DNA of 64,000 nt from an uncultured Verrucomicrobiae bacterium (GTDB taxonomy: Bacteria > Verrucomicrobiota > Verrucomicrobiia > Chthoniobacterales > JAFAMB01). The position numbers and the translations under genes were made by a program. Location: the NCBI GenBank assembly GCA_963837955.1, contig CAWIPH010000002.1:3552001-3616000 (forward strand), written 5' to 3'. The first letter of the stretch is position 1, and every line of letters begins with the position of its first letter. The notes beneath the pieces are model-generated. The model did no database searches. It was given only the letters and a program-made list of their open reading frames with translations, and was not told where the DNA came from. This document shows positions 60,038 through 64,000 of this stretch, in pieces.

Positions 60038-62377
60038 CTATTTTAGCGCGGATCGCAGTCGGAGAGCGTTGCTCACCACAGACAAAGAGCTAAAGCTCAT
60101 TGCTGCGCCCGCAATCATCGGACTCAGGAGAAGTCCAAAGAACGGATAGAGGATCCCCGCCGCAATCGGAACGCCGAGCAGATTATAGATAAAGGCGAAG
60201 AATAGATTTTGCCGGATATTGCGCATGACCGCTTTGCTCAACTGCAGAGCCTTTGCGATGCCTCTCAAGTCTCCTTTTACGATGGTTAATCCGGCGCTTT
60301 GGATCGCCACATCCGCTCCAGTTCCCATCGCAATACCGACATCGGCCGCTGCCAGGGCCGGCGCGTCGTTAATACCATCACCGGCCATGGCCACCTTCGC
60401 TCCTCGTGCTCTGAGTTCTTGAACAAGTCGCAGTTTGTCTTCCGGCCGTAGACCGGCCCTAACCTCATCAATTCGAAGTTCTTCGGCGACAACTTTCGCT
60501 GTCTGTGGGTTATCTCCGGTCGCCATTACCACTTTGATGCCCATCGCATGGAGCTGCTGAATGGCAGCTGGCGTTGTGTCCTTTATTGGATCGGCTATTC
60601 CGATGACTCCGACGGCAACACCATCGATCGCGACCCAGACGAAACTTCGCGCCTGCGCGCTTAGCTGGTTAGCCCGATCAGTCAGTTCTTTCGATCCAGT
60701 GACATCGTTCTGCTGCATGAATGCCTGGTTGCCGACCAGGACCTTCTTACCATCTATTTTTGCCTGAAGACCGGCACCGGTTATCGAGAGGAAGTCTTCC
60801 ACTTTTCTCTGAGGTATACCTCTTTTGTTGGCCTCAGAAACCACAGCTCTAGCCAACGGATGTTCGCTTTGAGATTCCGCTGATGCCGCGACCGCAAGCA
60901 GACTATTTTCGTCTAGTCCCGCACCTGGAACAATGTCGGTGACTGTCGGCCGGCCTGCAGTCAATGTGCCGGTCTTGTCAACAATAAGATGGGTAACCTT
61001 TTCGGCGATTTCGATAGCTTCGGCGTTCCGGACGAGAATGCCTAGCTGCGCACCGCGACCGACCCCGACCATGATTGACATTGGTGTCGCGAGACCTAGC
61101 GCACATGGGCAAGCAATGATCAATACGGCTACCGCATTCACTACTGCGTAGGCCAGCGAAGGTGGAGGGCCCCAAACGGCCCAAGCCGCTGCGGTAAGCA
61201 ACGCAACGAGGACAACAGCAGGCACGAACAGGCCAGAGACTCGATCGGCGACCCTTTGAATGGGTGCCCGGCTGCGCTGCGCTTCCGCAACCATGTGGAC
61301 AATCTGAGAGAGCACGGTCTCCGATCCAACTTTCTCGACCCGCATCACAAAGCTGCCGGTTTGGTTTACGGTTGCACCGATCACCCGTTCGCCCGCCTCT
61401 TTTTCAACAGGCATCGGCTCTCCTGTTATCATTGATTCGTCGATTAAGCTGGATCCTTCCTCTATTACTCCATCGGTAGGAATCTTCTCACCAGGCCGCA
61501 CTCGAACGAGATCTCCCGGTTGCAGGGCATCAACCGGGGTTTCTTCCTCTTCCCCTTTAGCATTCAACCGGTGGGCCGACTTGGCGGCGAGCCCCAAAAG
61601 AGATTGAATGGCTTTGCCGGTTTGACTCCGGGCCCGCCCCTCAAGCCATTGACCAAACAGAACGAGGACCGTGATAACAGCCGCAGATTCGAAGTAGAGA
61701 TCTATCTCTCCGTCATGCTTGAATGAGTCGGGAAACAGGTCCGGAAAAATAGTAGCAATCGCGCTGTAAAGGTATGCTGTGCCAACACCAATCCCAATCA
61801 AGGTGAACATGTTCGGACTTCGATTGACGAGGGAACGCCACGCGCGCACAAAGAAAATGCCGCCACACCAAAAGACGATGATAGTCGCCAGAACCAGTTG
61901 AATCCACTGGTTGATCCTCGGTGGCACCAGTTGATCCACGTTCAAACCCGGGACCATTTTGCCAACTGCCAGGAAAAGCAGCGGCATCACTAATATCAGA
62001 CTCAGCCAGAACTTTGCCGCAAGAGATCGGACTTCCCTATCCTCTTCCTGCTCGTCACCAATGCCGCTCTTTGGCTCAAGCGGCATTCCGCAAATTGGAC
62101 AATCACCCGGACGATCTCGCTCGATCTCAGGATGCATTGGACAGGTGTAGATGGTTTTGCGGGCCGGCGAACGATAAGCGGGGTTAGGTTCCAGTCGCAT
62201 GCCACACTTGGGGCAGTCTCCGGGTTCATCCGACTCGACTCCTGGGCACATCGCACAGAAATACGCCTTGCGTGGACTATGCGCCGGATGATCTGTGTGC
62301 ATACTCTGATGAACTTCGTGATCCTGGCGACGGCGTCCGTCCCGCTGACAGTCATGGGAATCCTTTGGGACCGCCAT
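60038..62377 (-). CDS. copA: Cu(I)-type P1B ATPase with N-terminal His/Cys metal-binding repeats
   Basis: YTCPMHP, TGE, CPC, DKTGT, SEHP, GDGIND, YN and MSFSS motifs; SD AAGGAGG before ATG 62377. Confidence 0.93.
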   Translation of the reverse strand: MAVPKDSHDCQRDGRRRQDHEVHQSMHTDHPAHSPRKAYFCAMCPGVESDEPGDCPKCGMRLEPNPAYRSPARKTIYTCPMHPEIERDRPGDCPICGMPLEPKSGIGDEQEEDREVRSLAAKFWLSLILVMPLLFLAVGKMVPGLNVDQLVPPRINQWIQLVLATIIVFWCGGIFFVRAWRSLVNRSPNMFTLIGIGVGTAYLYSAIATIFPDLFPDSFKHDGEIDLYFESAAVITVLVLFGQWLEGRARSQTGKAIQSLLGLAAKSAHRLNAKGEEEETPVDALQPGDLVRVRPGEKIPTDGVIEEGSSLIDESMITGEPMPVEKEAGERVIGATVNQTGSFVMRVEKVGSETVLSQIVHMVAEAQRSRAPIQRVADRVSGLFVPAVVLVALLTAAAWAVWGPPPSLAYAVVNAVAVLIIACPCALGLATPMSIMVGVGRGAQLGILVRNAEAIEIAEKVTHLIVDKTGTLTAGRPTVTDIVPGAGLDENSLLAVAASAESQSEHPLARAVVSEANKRGIPQRKVEDFLSITGAGLQAKIDGKKVLVGNQAFMQQNDVTGSKELTDRANQLSAQARSFVWVAIDGVAVGVIGIADPIKDTTPAAIQQLHAMGIKVVMATGDNPQTAKVVAEELRIDEVRAGLRPEDKLRLVQELRARGAKVAMAGDGINDAPALAAADVGIAMGTGADVAIQSAGLTIVKGDLRGIAKALQLSKAVMRNIRQNLFFAFIYNLLGVPIAAGILYPFFGLLLSPMIAGAAMSFSSLSVVSNALRLRSALK

Positions 62378-62387
62378 AATCTCCTCC

Positions 62388-62678
62388 TTAACGCAGGAAC
62401 CGCGACAAGACACGATGAACTTCCGCGAGCAGCTCCGCGCGGTTCATTGGTTGGGCTTTAGGATGAACACTGCCTTTGCTCTGCCCGACGACACAGGTCT
62501 CCAGATGGTTGGTTAATAGCTCCAACCCGAGCGCGTCCAGCGCGGATCGGACCGCAGATATTTGATTCAGAATATCCACGCAGTACCGGTCTTCTTCGAT
62601 CATACGTTGAATCCCGCTGACTTGACCGGTAATGCGCTTGACCCGGCTAAGGATTTTACCACGGACTTCGTTCTTCAT
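62388..62678 (-). CDS. csoR: CsoR/RcnR family metal-sensing repressor
   Basis: [21 protein letters not shown] and HLETC motifs; upstream of copA. Confidence 0.92.
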   Translation of the reverse strand: MKNEVRGKILSRVKRITGQVSGIQRMIEEDRYCVDILNQISAVRSALDALGLELLTNHLETCVVGQSKGSVHPKAQPMNRAELLAEVHRVLSRFLR

Positions 62679-62685
62679 TACTACA

Positions 62686-62712
62686 TACATATACCCTGTA
62701 TAGGTATATGTA
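62686..62712. promoter_or_regulatory. CsoR operator
   Basis: TACATATACC-N7-GGTATATGTA perfect 10-bp inverted repeat immediately upstream of csoR. Confidence 0.8.
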
Positions 62713-62770
62713 AAATGAAACCATGTCTGTTGGGACGGACACTTTTTCTTAGCCTCTACCCAGCCCGCCC

Positions 62771-63141
62771 CCGCGCATGCGCATTAACCTAGGGAAGAGA
62801 TGTGTGCCGAGAAAACTCGTCCCGGCTTGTCCGCCGTAGCCCGGATGCCGGGCCACCAGCAAAGCGACTGCGCGAGGCGAAGGAGGGAGGGACTCAATGA
62901 AAGTAGCCCAGTACGAAGTGCTGGGGTGGCGTTCAAAAAACGACCCGTCCCGGAGGGGACGATCGACGGCTCCTTACGCTGGTGAAGCCGCATATGAGAG
63001 GACCGGGGACCCAAAACACTTCTATCGTCCCTTTTTTTGCATTATTTCCCAGCACTTCGTACTGGGCTACTTTCATTAAGTCCCTCCCGGGACGAGTCTT
63101 CCGCGCATGCTTCTAAGCCCTATGTTGACGCGCATGCGCGG
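62771..63141. repeat. ~370-bp palindromic element with a nested module in its left arm
   Basis: Perfect 30-bp arms at 62896-62925 / 63048-63077; outer arms CCGCGCATGCGC; module at 62826-62886. Confidence 0.85.
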
Positions 63142-63238
63142 CAAAGGCGGACGTAGCCGGGAGCAACACGCCCTACCTGCTTGGGTTTTCGATCTCGAGT
63201 TCGATCAACTCTAGAATCTCGTAACCTAGACCCCTGCT

Positions 63239-63583
63239 CTATTGAGCGTTTGCTCCCAAAAGCCACACCCGAACCCCATCGCGCTCAGCATCCGGGACCC
63301 GCTGCAAGATCTCTCGGGACGGTTGGGTAAGCGAATGACATGAAATTGCCATCACATCCTCTCCTTTCCCTACCGGAACGCCTGTCATGGCGAGGGGCGC
63401 AAGTTCTTCGGCCATGCGTCGCGCTTCCTGGCTTAACGAATCCTCGTCCTCCGGATCAGCAGCCTCTTTTTTCGCTGACGCGATCGGCACCTCTACTAAA
63501 ACGAGTATCTTTCTGCCGGTTTTCGAGCCCGAATGCTTGTGATGAGGTTCGAGCGTAACGTGAAAGTAAAGGGCTTCGGCCAT
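63239..63583 (-). CDS. Hypothetical protein
   Basis: Clean ORF MAEALYFHVTLEP...; extended -10 TGATAAATT 5 nt before ATG. Confidence 0.65.
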   Translation of the reverse strand: MAEALYFHVTLEPHHKHSGSKTGRKILVLVEVPIASAKKEAADPEDEDSLSQEARRMAEELAPLAMTGVPVGKGEDVMAISCHSLTQPSREILQRVPDAERDGVRVWLLGANAQ

Positions 63584-63610
63584 CTCGCAATTTATCAACC
63601 TTTTCGGGAA

Positions 63611-63862
63611 CAGCGAATTGACACTAATGGACACGAATTAAGAGTTCGTTATTCGTGGGTATTCGCAGCCCGACTCCGCAAAGCCTATGTCGCGGCCGGC
63701 TCTGTGATGTGCCTTAAATGCATTGCTAGGGCGCGCCGAAGTCTGCGAAGGCGGCCTGTCCCGCCGTAGCTCGCAGACCACCTTCGCTCTCCAAACTACG
63801 GCGTTTTCGCGGTTGTTATCGGTCGCGCCATAACGGAGCGAAGGAGGATCCATTCGTGGTTA
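63611..63862. repeat. ACACGAAT/ATTCGTG-type palindrome carrying nested modules
   Basis: ACACTAATGGACACGAAT ... ATTCGTGGGTATTCG-[insert]-ATCCATTCGTGGTT; the insert is partly shared with 42320-42410. Confidence 0.7.
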
Positions 63863-63878
63863 AGAACAAAGCGGGTCC

Positions 63879-64000
63879 TCAAGGCTCCTTGCCCACTAAA
63901 CGGTTGTATTTCCCGAGAATTTCGCGCAGACGGTCGTGAGGCAGAGCGTAGATGGTATTGTCATTAATTCCGCGCATCGTTTTCGCTGCGACCAGCGCAT
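63879..64000 (-). CDS. C-terminus of a DmpA-like (P1/S58) aminopeptidase, partial
   Basis: ...ALVAAKTMRGINDNTIYALPHDRLREILGKYNRLVGKEP*. Confidence 0.7.
   Translation of the reverse strand, partial: ALVAAKTMRGINDNTIYALPHDRLREILGKYNRLVGKEP

Overview
Bacterial chromosomal window of mostly housekeeping genes. Gene content and repeat style suggest a soil Verrucomicrobium of the Chthoniobacterales type; this is inference and was not checked. Core content: lipid A/LPS genes (lpxB, a GnnA-like dehydrogenase, lpxI, hldE-type kinase, gmhB, kdsB), ispE, pyrF, pyrG, purB, phoH-HD hydrolase-ybeY, ffh-rpsP-khpA, putA, ileS-lspA, a tRNA nucleotidyltransferase, tRNA-Arg(TCT), a sugar ABC operon, tartrate dehydrogenase and a csoR-copA unit. 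Several items are missing from the ORF track. (1) A >=971-codon gene at the left edge with a Ser/Thr kinase - pseudokinase - TIR - TM - beta-helix architecture. (2) An attenuator-like leader in front of an unannotated 52-aa gene and the CCA enzyme. (3) A riboswitch-like pseudoknot before an SRPBCC gene. (4) A 57-aa gene behind a sigma54-like promoter. (5) The C-terminus of a DmpA-like peptidase at the right edge. (6) Palindromic repeats in which one small module is repeatedly nested inside other REP-like elements. A Re-citrate-synthase-like gene faces an HTH-citrate-synthase fusion across a palindrome. I saw no CRISPR array, transposase, integrase or prophage. All calls are by eye from motifs; no searches were run.
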